Positions 35,301 through 48,210 of a DNA stretch of 64,000 nt are shown piece by piece; positions within the stretch are counted from its first letter, which is position 1, and each line of letters starts with the position of its first letter. The stretch is taken from the NCBI RefSeq assembly GCF_963921235.1, contig NC_086108.1, positions 18,848,001 to 18,912,000 of the forward strand. Direction: 5' to 3'. Made by a program: the position numbers and the translations under genes. A model generated the notes under the pieces. It searched no databases. It saw only the letters and a list, made by a program, of their open reading frames with translations, and was not told the DNA's origin. The stretch comes from Mobula hypostoma (Eukaryota).

Positions 35301-38300
35301 TCCAGTTCTTAATCCTAGTTCCTTGCTTTGCCAACTCCATGGGATCCAATTCCACTGTAAGGCCACCTATTCTACAGAGCTGTAGTTCACAGAATGACTC
35401 ACCTCCTTCATGTAGCATACTGTCTATAAGCCATGAAGAAGGCATTACCTTTGCACTGGTTCTTGCACTTATTGAGTAGATCTGCCTCACTGGTCTTCCA
35501 CACATCTCCTTACATACAATTGTAATCTTCAACAACCAATAAAGACTTTGTTAAAGAAAATTAATTCCCATTTTCAAGGGCTTCACATGTAACTGCTGTC
35601 CCAATTCTATCGGACTCCAACACCTCAATCAGTCACTGTGTAATAAAACTTCTGGATATCCTGGTCAGTGGGCATTAAATTCCCTCACTGCTTCACTCCT
35701 TTCGAGCATCATTCTCACTACATCTATACTGACCTCTTTCTCCATCTTACGTATTTAAATGCCTCTTAAACGTGGCGATTATGACTATCTACCCTAGTTA
35801 TGCCTTTCATAATCTTAGACAGAGTTACCACAGATCACTCAGCTCTTGTATTGAACTGTGTTACAAAGGACATCATCGCAGAGTATGATGCTTCATTATG
35901 ACAGAAAATGGACACACATCCTTGGATTGGTTGACATTTCTTTATGGTGTACAGAAGATATTCTTTCTACAAGCCACTGGTACATAACAGTCTTACATTA
36001 AATATGTTGCCAAGAAAGCTCCCTTGGTTTCTGGAACTTTCCACAAGCCTTGGGATTCCCTGTCACTAGAACACTGAGAGATGTCAGGATACACAGGTGG
36101 GGAAAGGGGGAGATGTTTCTCTTCACATTTAAAAAGTTTATCAAGGACACAGTGTCACGTGAACATCAACAATTACTAAAACAGTGGGCTACTGAACAGT
36201 GATTGGGGTTCACAAAGTGAGATGAACTGTGGGCTGTGCAGTAATTTTCATTATCTCAGACATACTAATATGTCTGTTTTCTTGAGCTGCAATAGGTCCT
36301 CCCTCCAACATGAAATGCCCTTTTATGGGGTTGGCTGCCTAGGGAACATCCAGGTAGTCTATCCATCCCCCACTCCTGTGCTACAAAGGCAGCAAATGGA
36401 CCAAGGAAAGCTAATGGGGAGCTGAATGGTCAATCTGTATGGAGCTGATCACTGCATCCATACCCTGCCTTGTCTTTGGGGGTGGACGGGTGGACTGGGT
36501 TACAAAGGTGGGAGGGTAGGGGTTGTAGATGGGTGAGAATAGTGAGTTGGGGAGGGGAAAGGTGAGGTGCAAGGGGATGTGTCTGGGTAGAGAAGGGTTG
36601 TCGGACAAGTGGGGTGGTGTTGAGGAAAGGACGGGTTGGGGAGGAACTGATTGGAGAGGAGAAGCTTTGGGTGTGGTGGGAAGCTATGAAATTGGTTGGG
36701 GAGGAGAGGGCTTGGATGGGAGGAGGTAAGATGGGAGCAATTGGGGCGGAAGCGGGTTGAGGAAGTGGAAGAGTTGAAGAGGTGGGAAAGGAAGACAACA
36801 GATGAGTAGGGGTGGTGTTGAAGAGAAGAGGGAAGGAGATGGGGAAGTGGGAAGGGCTGGTCACTGATCAAAGGGAAGGGTTAGGAGGAAGACTTCAGCA
36901 GGTGGGAATCTTGAAGTCCTCTTGATGTTCCCTTTTCCTTTAGGATCTGACATTCAGATCTTCAGAACAAGACCCTGCCATCTCCTGGGATAATTTTCCT
37001 CCCTGTCTCCACCATCCACGTTGCTTCACATCCAAGTTGATGGTTCCAGAGACTGCCCCCCACCCCCTCATACGAGGGCTATTTTCCTGCTCCCACAACA
37101 GTCTTGTTCTTCCCAGCAGTCACGGGAGTACTGTCCAGATCTTCCACAAGCTCTACACACCCTATCTGTGCATATTGGTCCAAAGCAAACGGCCGCTTCA
37201 GCAAGCATCTGGTCAGCACATGCTTCATGCCTCATTAGAGCAAACCCTTGGGACTACTTCTTCCAATGTACTTAAGAATCCAGAACTTGCACTGGTCTTA
37301 AGGTGCAGTATATACTTCACCCCTTTTCCTCCAGAAATTGCATGGTCTTAGGGCGAGGGTGGGACTTGCAGTATATCCTTCATCCCCTTTCCTCCCTACC
37401 AGCGTGACTGTGTAATTCAGCAATCAGACTCTGACCTGCAACCATGGGTAATGGAGGGTTCTTTTAACTTGTTGCATTACTGGGCCCTGCTTATTCAGGC
37501 ATTAACAACACCATCTCCATAAATGGTGCACAATATACTGCATATTCAGAGCCTACTTTAGGAACATATACACAGTATACGATGATGAAACTTTTGGCCT
37601 TACTGTGCATCATAGCAAAATCCAACTTGATACCACAGATAGTGTCCACAGGAGCAGGGGCAGAGAAGGAGAAATGGGGTAGAGGGAAGGGATCTTTAGT
37701 TCATACATTATCACAGCCTTTTTCACAGTCAAGTAATCAGCACTTCCAAAAAAAAAACACACATCCTCAAACTGTTGATATTTACAATGCAATTCTTCTT
37801 GGGTGGGAAGGGGAGGGGGTGAACTTTCCACCTGACAACTGTTCAGACAGTTTTGGCTAATCCTTACCAAACGTGGCCCCCCCAAAAAAAACCTCAAAAT
37901 TAGAATCTTTCTTCAAATGATTTTTACAAACAAAAAATCAATATCAATTTCATAACTTAAGTGCACTGAGTGCATAATTAAATAGTAAAAGCTGTAGAAT
38001 TAAAGTCACCTTTGTAAAATCATAACTTTCAACATGTGCTAACAAAGTTCTATTTTGTATTATCCAGGCCTGGTCCTGTATCTTGCTTGATGCAGCCTTT
38101 TCTTGGATGGAGTCTCTTTCTCCCCATCACTTTCACTCCCCTCTGGTTGTAGGCCTTAAATCAACCTCGCACCTTCTTCTGTCCAGTGTTAAAGTCCACA
38201 GAAAGATCAGTTTCTGGTGCACTTGGAGGATGGCGTGTGGGGATTGGACGGGTGTTGAGGAGGGGAGTGGCAAGTGGGGTAAGGAGTGAGTCTTCTGTGC

Positions 38301-38746
38301 GAGTCACTGGAATTTCTGCAGCTGCACTGACCAAGTCTGAATCTTTAATTCCATAAATAACTGGATTTCTGCAATTCAGGTCTTCAAGACATTCCTGGCC
38401 AGAGGGATGAGGAGAAAAAGAGAAGGTTCACATGACTACTGAACTGCAGGCTTGTCTTGACGGGACACCAAAGCCCTGAAGGTCTTGTATTTGGAATATC
38501 CAACACATCAGTAGCTCAAAGTGTCACACAGGCAGAGTCGAAACAAATCAACCTCCCCCCGCCCCATGGCTGGCGCTATAAGAAGTGGGGGGTTGGGGGA
38601 GGGGAGTTAAACAAGTACCTCAGCCAGTTGGTGGCAAGCTCCTGGCTTTGTCCATTACCTTAAGTGGTTTTAGGGAGAGTTGTGAATAGCATTAGTCTGA
38701 ATGAGTGTGCCTGAGGCTGCTCACTCCACTCCCAACACGGCCAACT

Positions 38747-38904
38747 TCAGGAGGTGAAATAGGAGTTTTGCATGGAGTACAGGCGGTCTATAGGGTTTCC
38801 TATCCTAGCCTGCATGGAGTTTGCCTCGGTGGTTGCTAGAAGACAGTCTCCTAAACTGTTGAGTGAAGTGTCGCTATCCATGTCATGGAACAGGGTTTCA
38901 CTGC
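38747..38904 (-). CDS. LMX1A: LIM homeobox transcription factor 1-alpha, last coding exon
   Basis: (G)[51 protein letters not shown]; acceptor ttccctctgcag (AG at 38906-38905); phase fits the previous exon; TGA 38749-38747. Confidence 0.96.
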
Positions 38905-41670
38905 CTGCAGAGGGAAGAAAAGGAAATAAACACATCAGCCCCATCTGTCTCTGGGCCTCAGCAGATCTGGACAGCCAACAATCAGACAAGGCCACTTGGC
39001 CAGTCACCACCCTCTGTCCACAACCCATTCACAACGGAGAGATAATCTACACTCTTGCCCCAAACCTTCTCGAACCAAAGATCTCTGAAGTCTCTTGGAA
39101 GCCCAGTTAGAATTCTAAAGGTGAAAGGGCAGCAGGTGATATAGGCCCAGCAATGGACTTCCAACAGTCCTGAGGTAGGGAGCAGATCAGTGGGGTTGGC
39201 TGAGGGATAACCATTGGCCAGGGTTCTGGAGAAACCTCCTCTGCTCCTTTCCAACGGAGTGCAGTGAGATATTTTTCTGCTTCAGAAGAAACAATTAAAG
39301 CTTCATCCAATAAATAGCACATTTAATAATATAATAGTATAATATAGGTCTAGATGTGGTTTTCTTATTTTACAACTTGGACCATCTCAACCTAAGGCCT
39401 CCTGATCCGGAGGCAACTATCCTAAGTCCCAGCTGGTGTATCCTTCTCAGGATGTCCAAAGTGTAGCACAACTGATTATCTCAGTGAACAAAGTCACTGT
39501 TACAAAGGTAAATGTAGTGACTGAGGTAACTAGTTGGTCTTGGTAGGGAAATAAATATCAGCCAGTTCCAGGGAGAATTCCTTTGTCACAAGAGACCACT
39601 CACATGTACCTTTGATCAATGCCAGCGGTGAGAACTCCCTCTATTATGCTGTGGGGACACTGGAATGAATGACATGTCATACTTTCCTTTGTGCTCTTAC
39701 TACCATCACTTGTAGTAAATGGTGATATAGTCACTACGTTTAAGGGGTGTTGGGACAGGCACTTGAATAGTCAAAGTGCAGAAGGATATGGTGCTAATGT
39801 GTGCAGATGGGATTAGTGTAGACGGGCAAAGAGATTGACATGGATACTGTGGGCAAAAGGCTCGATCCTCTGCTGTATGGCTTTATAATTCTCTGTGACA
39901 AGTGGATATGATCTAATCGCTCCTACACAGATAAGGAGTGATCATGAATTTGGTGGAAGACCCAATAATTAAAAACACAGCATCCAACACAAAGGACCCT
40001 CATCATCTGGGACAAGCCCATTTTTGTTACTACCATGGGGGAGGCCACACAGGAGCTTGAAGACCAACATTCAAAGAACAGCTTCTTCCCTTTCATCATC
40101 AGAAAGGGTAGCTCCATGAACCCATGAACACTTTATCTGACTATTTAGATGTTGCCTGATCTGCTTAGTTCCTCCAGCATTTTGCATATGTTTCCAACCT
40201 CATTATTCCTTTTCTTTGCTGTACGTATTTATTTTATAATTTATAGTAAAAATGTGACTGGTACTGCAAAACAAAATGAGACTGATAATGAACCTGATCT
40301 GGTTCTGGCTCTAATGCACTGGTATTTGAGCTAATGCAGTCTATTTTCTTTTGGGTGTTGGCAGGGAGACTGGCATAACCATCACCCGCCCACCCAAGGT
40401 ACATTGTGCTCACTCCCATCTCAGACTCACCCTTCCATGAGAATTGGCCCAGGTTCAGAGGTGGCTCTACCAACTGAGAATCACTGTTTTAAGGTGACCC
40501 TGATAGCACAGGACTGGTGCTTTGAAGTTTGTGCATCTGTTATGTCATTGGAAACAATATAGTTCCCTCATTCACTCCAAAGCAACTCCCCTTCAGTTTT
40601 TGGGACCCTGGCGTGCTCTAACAGACACTTTCAGGATGGGTCTGCTGTAGATCAGTTGTGCTCTTCAAACACCAGTTCACCTGCTAGTCACCCTCCATGA
40701 ATGGATTTTGATTAGTGCTATGAATGCTAGTCAGAGTCGATGTTGGCTGAAACTTGCACTGCATTGTGAGTGGTGTTGCCCTCCATGCCCATGAGGTGCC
40801 CCTGTTCATTTCACGTCTCACATAACTTCACCTAGAAACCATCGCCTATGCTATTCACTTCAGGTCAATTCAATTTGGTTGGCAGTGTGTCGAAACAAAC
40901 AGTTCTGCATTATTCAGTGCCATGGCTCTCATATTTGACAATAACAGGCTACACTCTCCCTGCAGTCACTCTCAGCCAGCTGTACTATGTGGATCATGCA
41001 CCAGGCCTCAGAAAGAGGAGCACAAATTGGATTGATCTTTCTCACAGCCAACACAGGCATAAAGGGCACATTAGCCTCCTTCTGTGGGACATGATGAGCT
41101 GTTTGGCCTCCTTCTGTGGGATTCCAATCTCTGGCCAACTGCATTCTCTGGAGGAAAGCTCTGAATACACTGCCCTGTGCTTTGTTTTATTGAGACTTAA
41201 CATTGCCTGCAAGGCCAGAATTTATTGCCCAGCCCTGATCAACACTTGAGAAGGTGTAGGTAAACCACCTTTCTGAGCAGCCACAGTTCTTCTGTGACGG
41301 TTCTCTCAGTGCCGCTAGGGAGAGACTTTCAATGGTTAAACTCAGTGACAACGAAGGGCCAGCAGTAACTTTCCAAGCCAGGATAGTGTGACTTGGAGGG
41401 GCACCTACAGATGGTGTAGGCGAGTTAATCTCTTCTTCCTGTCAGTTTGAACCAGTCTAGCCATTAACAACTCATTAACAAGGCGTTTTCACCCTGTGCC
41501 TGCTGCCTTGGTTCTCCTTGGTGTAAGGTCACAAGATTGGGAACTTGGGGCCCATTTGACAAGATTACAAGATGCAAGGAATAAGATCAGCTGCCCTTTC
41601 CCTACTCCTACTTTACAGTCGACCTCCTGGGACATTTTATGTAGTGGATAAAGGAGAAAAACGCTGTCAC

Positions 41671-41838
41671 CATAAGGGTGCATGTGGTCTCCTGGCATCT
41701 GAGGAGGAGTGAGGCCTTGTCGAAAAGGATCAGTGTTATATCCATTCTGTTCAATAGCCAGGAGCTGCTGTGGAGGCAGGGTTGTGTAGGGATTCATCAT
41801 CGTCTCCATCCCAGGGTTAGAGGAGGTGTTCGCTGGGA
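41671..41838 (-). CDS. LMX1A: LMX1A penultimate coding exon (168 bp)
   Basis: (V)[55 protein letters not shown](G); acceptor tttcttgtacag, donor gtgaca; phase 1/1. Confidence 0.96.
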
Positions 41839-42989
41839 CTGTACAAGAAAGGAGAGACAAAAGAAAGTGAATGCCACAGAAGAACAAATCCCACCCAGCT
41901 CCGCACTTACATGAAGGAGGTTATGCTAAACATTTCTGACTCACTGGTTAGGTTGGAGTTGGAGATGTTCAAGAGAGGCTTGATCACAATGGCACCAGGT
42001 TTGAGGGTCAAATTATAGTGGGGTTTTCTCTCTATAGCATGGAAGTCGTTTCTGGAAAGTTTTAAACAAGTGTTTAAAGTATTCAAATTGGGATAAAGTT
42101 CTTCCTGCTCACGGGGTGAGGGACAAAGCAGAGGACACAGATTTAATGTTATCTAAAGAACCATAGAAGAGTACAGCACAGAAGCAGGGAATGCCAACCA
42201 TCATATCTCTGAAAGAGCTATCCAATTAGTTCATCCCTAAAGCTTTCCCTGAGATCTAGCTTCCTTCAAAAATTTAGTTCCTGATAAAATATCAAATCTG
42301 CTACCTCCCACCAATGCAAACAATGCTTCCCAGACCAAAACAAGCGGCCTGGTATATTTTTATAATTCGATCAAAAAAAAACTAACAAAATCTAGGAGAA
42401 ATGCAAGAAAAGAAAACAGAACTAAAGCATATATTTATGAAGCCAAAAGTGGCATAAGGATCACTCTAAAACAGTCACTGTCTTCCTGGTGTGTAATTGA
42501 TTTCACCTCCACATCCTTCCCACCAAGATTTATCATTTGGCATTGCTGCAGGATTAATCTGACTTCCTGAGTACCCAACCATTTGTTGTTTTGTCCTTGT
42601 CACTTCATGCGGCTCTGACTTAGTCAATGAATGTTTGAATTTGTGACTTACATGACCACATCAATGCCACTGGAAAGAGGAATGACCCCTTACCCATCCC
42701 TGGAAGTGGTGACACCGAGACAACCAAGCACAGACTTCCCGTGCCCCACCATTCAACCCCAGTCCAGAACCAAGCCTTGCATCTCACTTTCTCTTCCAGC
42801 TCAGGCAACACATCCTCCCTGCAAGACTTAGCTCACCCCAGATAACAGACCCCTGGAGACCCTCAACCCTGAATCCCAATCTCAGACCCACCTCCCCAAG
42901 ATCCCTACCAGAACTCCCCTCCCTCAAACAGTCAAACCTTGACACCCCACTACCATCCTACAACTCCCAGTTTCCTTGCCTGTAAGAAA

Positions 42990-43610
42990 GGTAAATACAA
43001 TGCTGGCATTCATCTTGAAAAGATTAATATATAAAAGCAAGGAAGTAATGCTGAGACTTTATAAGGCATTAGTCAGACCAGATGTGGAAATATTATGAGC
43101 AGTTTAGGGCCCCATATCTAAGAAAAGATGTGCTGACATTGGAGAGAGACCAGAGGAGGTTTACAAGAATGATCCTGGGATTGAAAGGTTTAACATATAA
43201 GGCTCTGAGTCTGGATTCGCTGTAGTTTAGAAGAATTAGTGGGATCTCATTGAAACTACCAAATATTGAAAGGCTTAGAAAGACGTGGAGAGGATGTTTC
43301 ATATAGTGGGAGAGTCTAGGATGAGAGGGCACTGCCTCAAAATACAAGAACATCCCTTTGGAACAGAGATAAGTAGGAACTTCTTTAGCTGGAGGGTGTT
43401 GAATCTATGGAATTTATTGCCACAGATGGTTGTAGAAGCTTTGTATATTTAAAACAAAGCTTGATAGGTTCTTAATTAATAAGGACATCAAAGAGGAGAA
43501 GACAGGAGAATGGGGCTGAAAATAAAAATAAATCAGCCATGACTGAATGGCAGAGCAGACTCGTAGGGCTGAAAGACATAATTCTGCTCCTATGTCTTAA
43601 AGACTTATGG
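42990..43610 (+). mobile_element. CR1 LINE 3' fragment (intronic)
   Basis: ATGCTGAGACTTTATAAGGCATTAGTCAGACC and 3'UTR TCAGCCATGA..GAATGG..GAGCAGACTCG. Confidence 0.8.
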
Positions 43611-43704
43611 ACACTGCACTTTCAGTTCCTTTTCCCAGATTCCACACCGCAGACCTTTGTTCCCTAATTCTTCTCCCTGACACATCTCAATCCCGGACAC
43701 CTGA

Positions 43705-43890
43705 AAAACCAAATTCACCCCACTCTTTACAGAGCATGGCATTGTAACTTCAAACCCCAAATCCACCCGATTCTTTACAGAGCATGGCAGAGTAACCTCA
43801 AACCTCAAATCCACCCGAATCTTTACAGAGCATGGCATTGTACCCTCAAACCCCAAATTCACTCAACTCTTTACAGAGCATGGCATGGTA
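43705..43890. repeat. 48-bp tandem repeat, ~4 copies
   Basis: CTTTACAGAGCATGGC recurs at 43725, 43773, 43821 and 43869. Confidence 0.9.
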
Positions 43891-44902
43891 TTACAACAGG
43901 GATGAAACAAGCAGGTGACAGGGTGGAAAGCCAGGGGAAGGTTGGTGCAATCAGTCACAGCAGACCTTGCAGACAGATAGCGAGGAGGAAGAGAATTCAG
44001 CAGCAGCTGGCATTGAGACATGATAGGGTGAATGCACAGGCAGGAACTTACTGGAGTTGCAGGAGACGTGGAAGAAAAGGGCAGATTAAAAATCGAGTGG
44101 TGGGTTACAATTGTGCGGATGAGTAAATAGTTACAGTGTGAAGGTCTGTGATGGATTACAATTCAAGTTTGCAAGTCATGATGCAGAATTTCAAATCCAA
44201 ATGTTGACTATTTCTTTCATCCCTCAGATACTGCATGACCTGTCGTGTCCTTCATTGTTTGTTCCAGGTTCACCAGAGTAGTGGATGTAGGTGGTGGGGT
44301 GGTAGATTGCAGTGGTAGGTTACAGTGGTGATTAAAATGGTGGGGGTGAGAGTTGATCAGAGTGGTGGGGGTGAGAGGTGATCACAGTGGTGGGTCACAG
44401 TAGTGATCACAGTGGTGGGGGTGAGTGGAGATGGAAAGCATGCTGCTCAGAGCAGAGCCGATAACTGGATGATTGGGATGGATTGCTAGTACTGGAGAAG
44501 AGCAATTTGAGAATGAACCTATGGTCACAAGCTATTTAGGAAGGGTTCTGACTAAAGGGGGTGGTGAGGAACTTGGGTAACGAGGAGATGGGATGGGGAG
44601 ATGAGGTGATCAGCAACAGAGCAGATCTTAGTGATCACAACTCAACACCACAAGTCTCATTCCTCACACATTTACCTTTCTGCCGTCAGCAATATCCTGC
44701 TGTGCCCATCCCAGCTTACGTCTGCCCACCCCAGCCCTGCTCTCTGGTGATTTCTCTAGAACAATGCCTGTGAAATTCTTCTGCCAGCACTCTCTCAGCA
44801 GGTAGCTCCTGGATTGGATAGGCTCTGAGACTGGCTGCTTGTGACTGGGTCTGAGGCAGTGATACAGAAGCGATGGGATGGTCAGTCTCATCCTATCCTA
44901 AC

Positions 44903-44972
44903 CTGTGTTGAGTCGTTGCGTGTTCTGCTGGTCTTGCTGCTGTTGCTGCTGTCGGCGGGCCAACTTCTTCAT
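44903..44972 (-). CDS. LMX1A: LMX1A exon (homeodomain end and Gln-rich segment, 70 bp)
   Basis: MKKLARRQQQQQQDQQNTQRLNT; acceptor tccccctgcag, donor gttagg. Confidence 0.96.
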
Positions 44973-46086
44973 CTGCAGGGGGACAGGAGCAAGAGAGTCA
45001 GTTACTCATCACAGTGAAACCTGAGCTCACTTGCCTCCATGCACAGTGTGGGCTCCCTCCCCTCCTCACAGTCTGGGCTCAGTGAGATCAAATAGAAACT
45101 AGAACGTTCTGGATAGCCAGCAGCCTAATGGTACGAACACTGGATTTCCAAATTTCAGTGGAATCACTCACCCAGGTTTTCTTCCCCACCCCAAGTTTCT
45201 TTCTCCCTTTTCTATTTCATCCCTCTCTCATTACCCCTCCACCTAGTTCCATATGTCTTTCATTCCTTTCTTATCTGGTCCATCTATCACCTACCAACCT
45301 CTGTCTCCACCCTTCCCTCATCTAGTTTCATTTGCCTAATCCTTTTCTCCCCCCGCCCTCCCTATCTGATTCCACCTATCCCTTGCCAGCCCTGTATCAC
45401 CCCTCCTTCTCATTTCTATATACTAGCTGTCTTTTTTTTTACGCTCTTAATCCTGATGATGGATCTCCACTCAAAACATTGACTACAGATGCTGCCTGAC
45501 CTGCTGAGTTCCTCCAGGGGTTTGTTTTTTATTTCCAGATTTCAGCATCTGCAGTCTCTTGTGGCTCAATGGGATAAAGTCATTCCATACCCAGGGATAA
45601 GGATCCTTGTATCACCAGCAAAATCTCAGTCCACTCACTTCACCCAACACAACACAGAGCCTTCTCCATCACTGGCACCACACTGTGTATCACTCAACGT
45701 GGGATTATTCTTTCTCTACAGTTTTGGTTAGTTCTGTAAGATAAAGCGTGTTGGTTGGAAGAGGGTGTGCTTTTGAAGGAGGGAGTCACTTTGCCTTGAC
45801 TTGGGTGAGGTCACATCCTTCATCCACCCATTCCGGGGATCCACAGAGAATGTTGACTCTTGTACTTAATTTCTGGGTGTATGTCTTACCCATTTCATCG
45901 AACCTTCTTTACCAACCCATGTTCTTCAAACTTGAGGCATTGGAAAAAGCTGTATGGAAACCTAGTAGCAACGCTGGTTTCTTATGGTATTTACTCTGCA
46001 GGCCAGGCCTTTACGGTGTGACGAAACATCTGGCCAGTAGATGTGCTTGCTGGACATTCAAATCAGTGTAATGTTGACCAGTTGTG

Positions 46087-48091
46087 CAGTGCCTGCAAGA
46101 AGTATTCACCCCCCTCCCACCCCCGCACTTGGAAGTTTTCATGTTTTATTGTTATACAACATTTAAATCCACTGTGATTCATTTGGCTTTTTGACACTGA
46201 TCAACAGAAAATATTCTTTCGTGTCAAAGTGAAAACTAAGTTCTACAAATCGGTCTAAATTTATTACAATTATTAAACACAAAATATTGATCGCATAATT
46301 ACTCACCCCTTAAAGTCAGTATTTAGTAGATGCATCTTTAGCAGCAATTACAGCCCTGAGTCTGTGTGGATAGGTCTCTATCAGCTTTGCACATCTAGAC
46401 ACTACAATTTTTCCCCATTCCTCTTTACAAAACAGTTCAAGCTCTGTCAGATTGCATTGGGATCGTGTGAGAACAGCCCTTTTCAAGTCAAGCCACAAAG
46501 TCCCAATTGGACTGAGGTCTGGACTCTGACTTGGCCACTCCAGGACATTAACTGTGTAGCTTTGGCTTTATATTTGGGGTCATTGTGTCACCAGGTTCAG
46601 ATATGGCCCAAGTGCGGAGTGAGAGACACTGAAGCGGGTCGATAGTTCACAGATTTTAATGCGAACAGTGTTAAAGGGAAAAGAAAACAATAAACGCTAG
46701 GCTGAACAGAGCCGTTAACTAGAACTCTCAAATGGAAAATGAAGCCTACACTGCAGCTGAAAAGAACAACTAAGAATAAAACAAATACCACGCGTCTTCA
46801 GAGTCAGTTGACTCGACAGTCTAATTTCTCAGGCAAGGCAGAATACAAGCAGGCAGCAAAGTGTTGCTGTGTTGTGTCCAAGTCTCGACAAGCACTACGA
46901 CAACAAGTATGGAGTTAAGTACTATCACAATTAAATAATAATTAACTGATACGTACGTATTCACAAGCACAATTGCTGAATCTACTGCGCTGCCAAATCC
47001 GTGGTTGTGAAACATTGTCTTGCTGGAAAACAAATCTTCTTCCAAGTTGTAGTTCTCTTTCAGACTGTATCAGGTTTTCCGCCAGGATTTTCCTGTACTT
47101 TACCGCATTCATTTTACCCTCTACCTTCACAGCTTTCCAGCGCCTGCTGCAGTGAAGCATCTCCACAGCATGATGCAGCCACCACCATGCTTCACGGTAG
47201 AGATGATGTGCTTTTGATGGTGCGCGGTGTTTGGCTAATGTTAAACATAGCTTTTAGTCTGATGGCCAAAAAGCTCAATTTTGGTTTCATCAGAGCATAG
47301 AACCTTCTTCCAGCTGATCTCAGAGTCTCCACATGCCTTTTAACAAACTCTAGCTGAGATTTTATGTGAGTTTTTTTCAAAAGTGGCTTTCTCTTTGCCA
47401 CTCTTCCACAAAGCTGCAACTGATGAAACACTCAGGCAACAGTTATTGTGAGCGTAGTCTCACTTGTCCAACTTTGTCATAAGTCTCTTCGTTGCCTCCC
47501 TCACTAGTCCCTGTGGTCACTCAGTTTTTGAGGACTGCCTGTTCTAAGCAGATTTACAGCTGTACCATATTCTTTCTTTCTTGATTGACTTAACTGTACT
47601 CCAAGGGATATTCAGTGACTTGGAAATTTTCTTGCATCCATCTTCTGATCTGTGCTTTTCAATAACTATTTTGCATAGTTGCTTGGAGTGTTCTTTTGTC
47701 TCCATGGTGTAGTTTTTGTCAGGACACCAGCAGTTGGACCTTCCAGATACAGGGGTATTTTTACTACAATCAATTGAAACACCTTGACTGCACACAGTGA
47801 TCTCCATTTAATTGATCATGTGACCTCTAAAAGCAATTGACTGCACCAGTGATAATTTAGTGTATCATATTAAGGGGGGGGGAGTGGATACTTATGCAAT
47901 CAATTATTTTGAGTTTTATATTTGAAATTAATTTAGACCACTTTGTAGAGATCTGTTTTCACTTTGACATGAAAGAGTCTTTTTCTATTGATCAGTCAAA
48001 ACAAGCCAAATTAAATCCACTGTGTTTCAATACCGTAAAACAATAAAACATGAAAACTTCCAAGGGGGTTAAATACTTTATATAGGCACTG
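46087..48091 (-). mobile_element. Tc1-like DNA transposon (long IR/DR-type TIRs), degenerate
   Basis: ~220-bp TIRs starting CAGTGCCT; TA on the right, TG on the left; transposase remnants METKEHSK..ISKSLNIPWSTVKSI, FQQDN, WLDLKRAV..LELFCKEEW..ASTKY*. Confidence 0.93.
46586..47012 (-). mobile_element. Solo LTR (427 bp) inserted in the Tc1 transposase
   Basis: TGTCAC...GTGAAA ends (one substitution from GTGACA); 5-bp TSD CATTG at 46581-46585 and 47013-47017; Tc1 sequence is continuous once it is removed. Confidence 0.85.
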
Positions 48092-48210
48092 TAACTCAAC
48101 CAGTGCCAATTGTGTAGGGCAGTGAGCCAGGTGCCATAAATTCCTCCACCACACCCTCTCCACCAGAGGTGCCACTTCTGGCTGGGTACATCCACAACTT
48201 GTCAACCTAT

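Noticed and set aside
39440..39665. Possible ancient DeuSINE/SacSINE1 remnant (also ~10080-10190)
   Set aside because: Resemblance too weak to support without an alignment.
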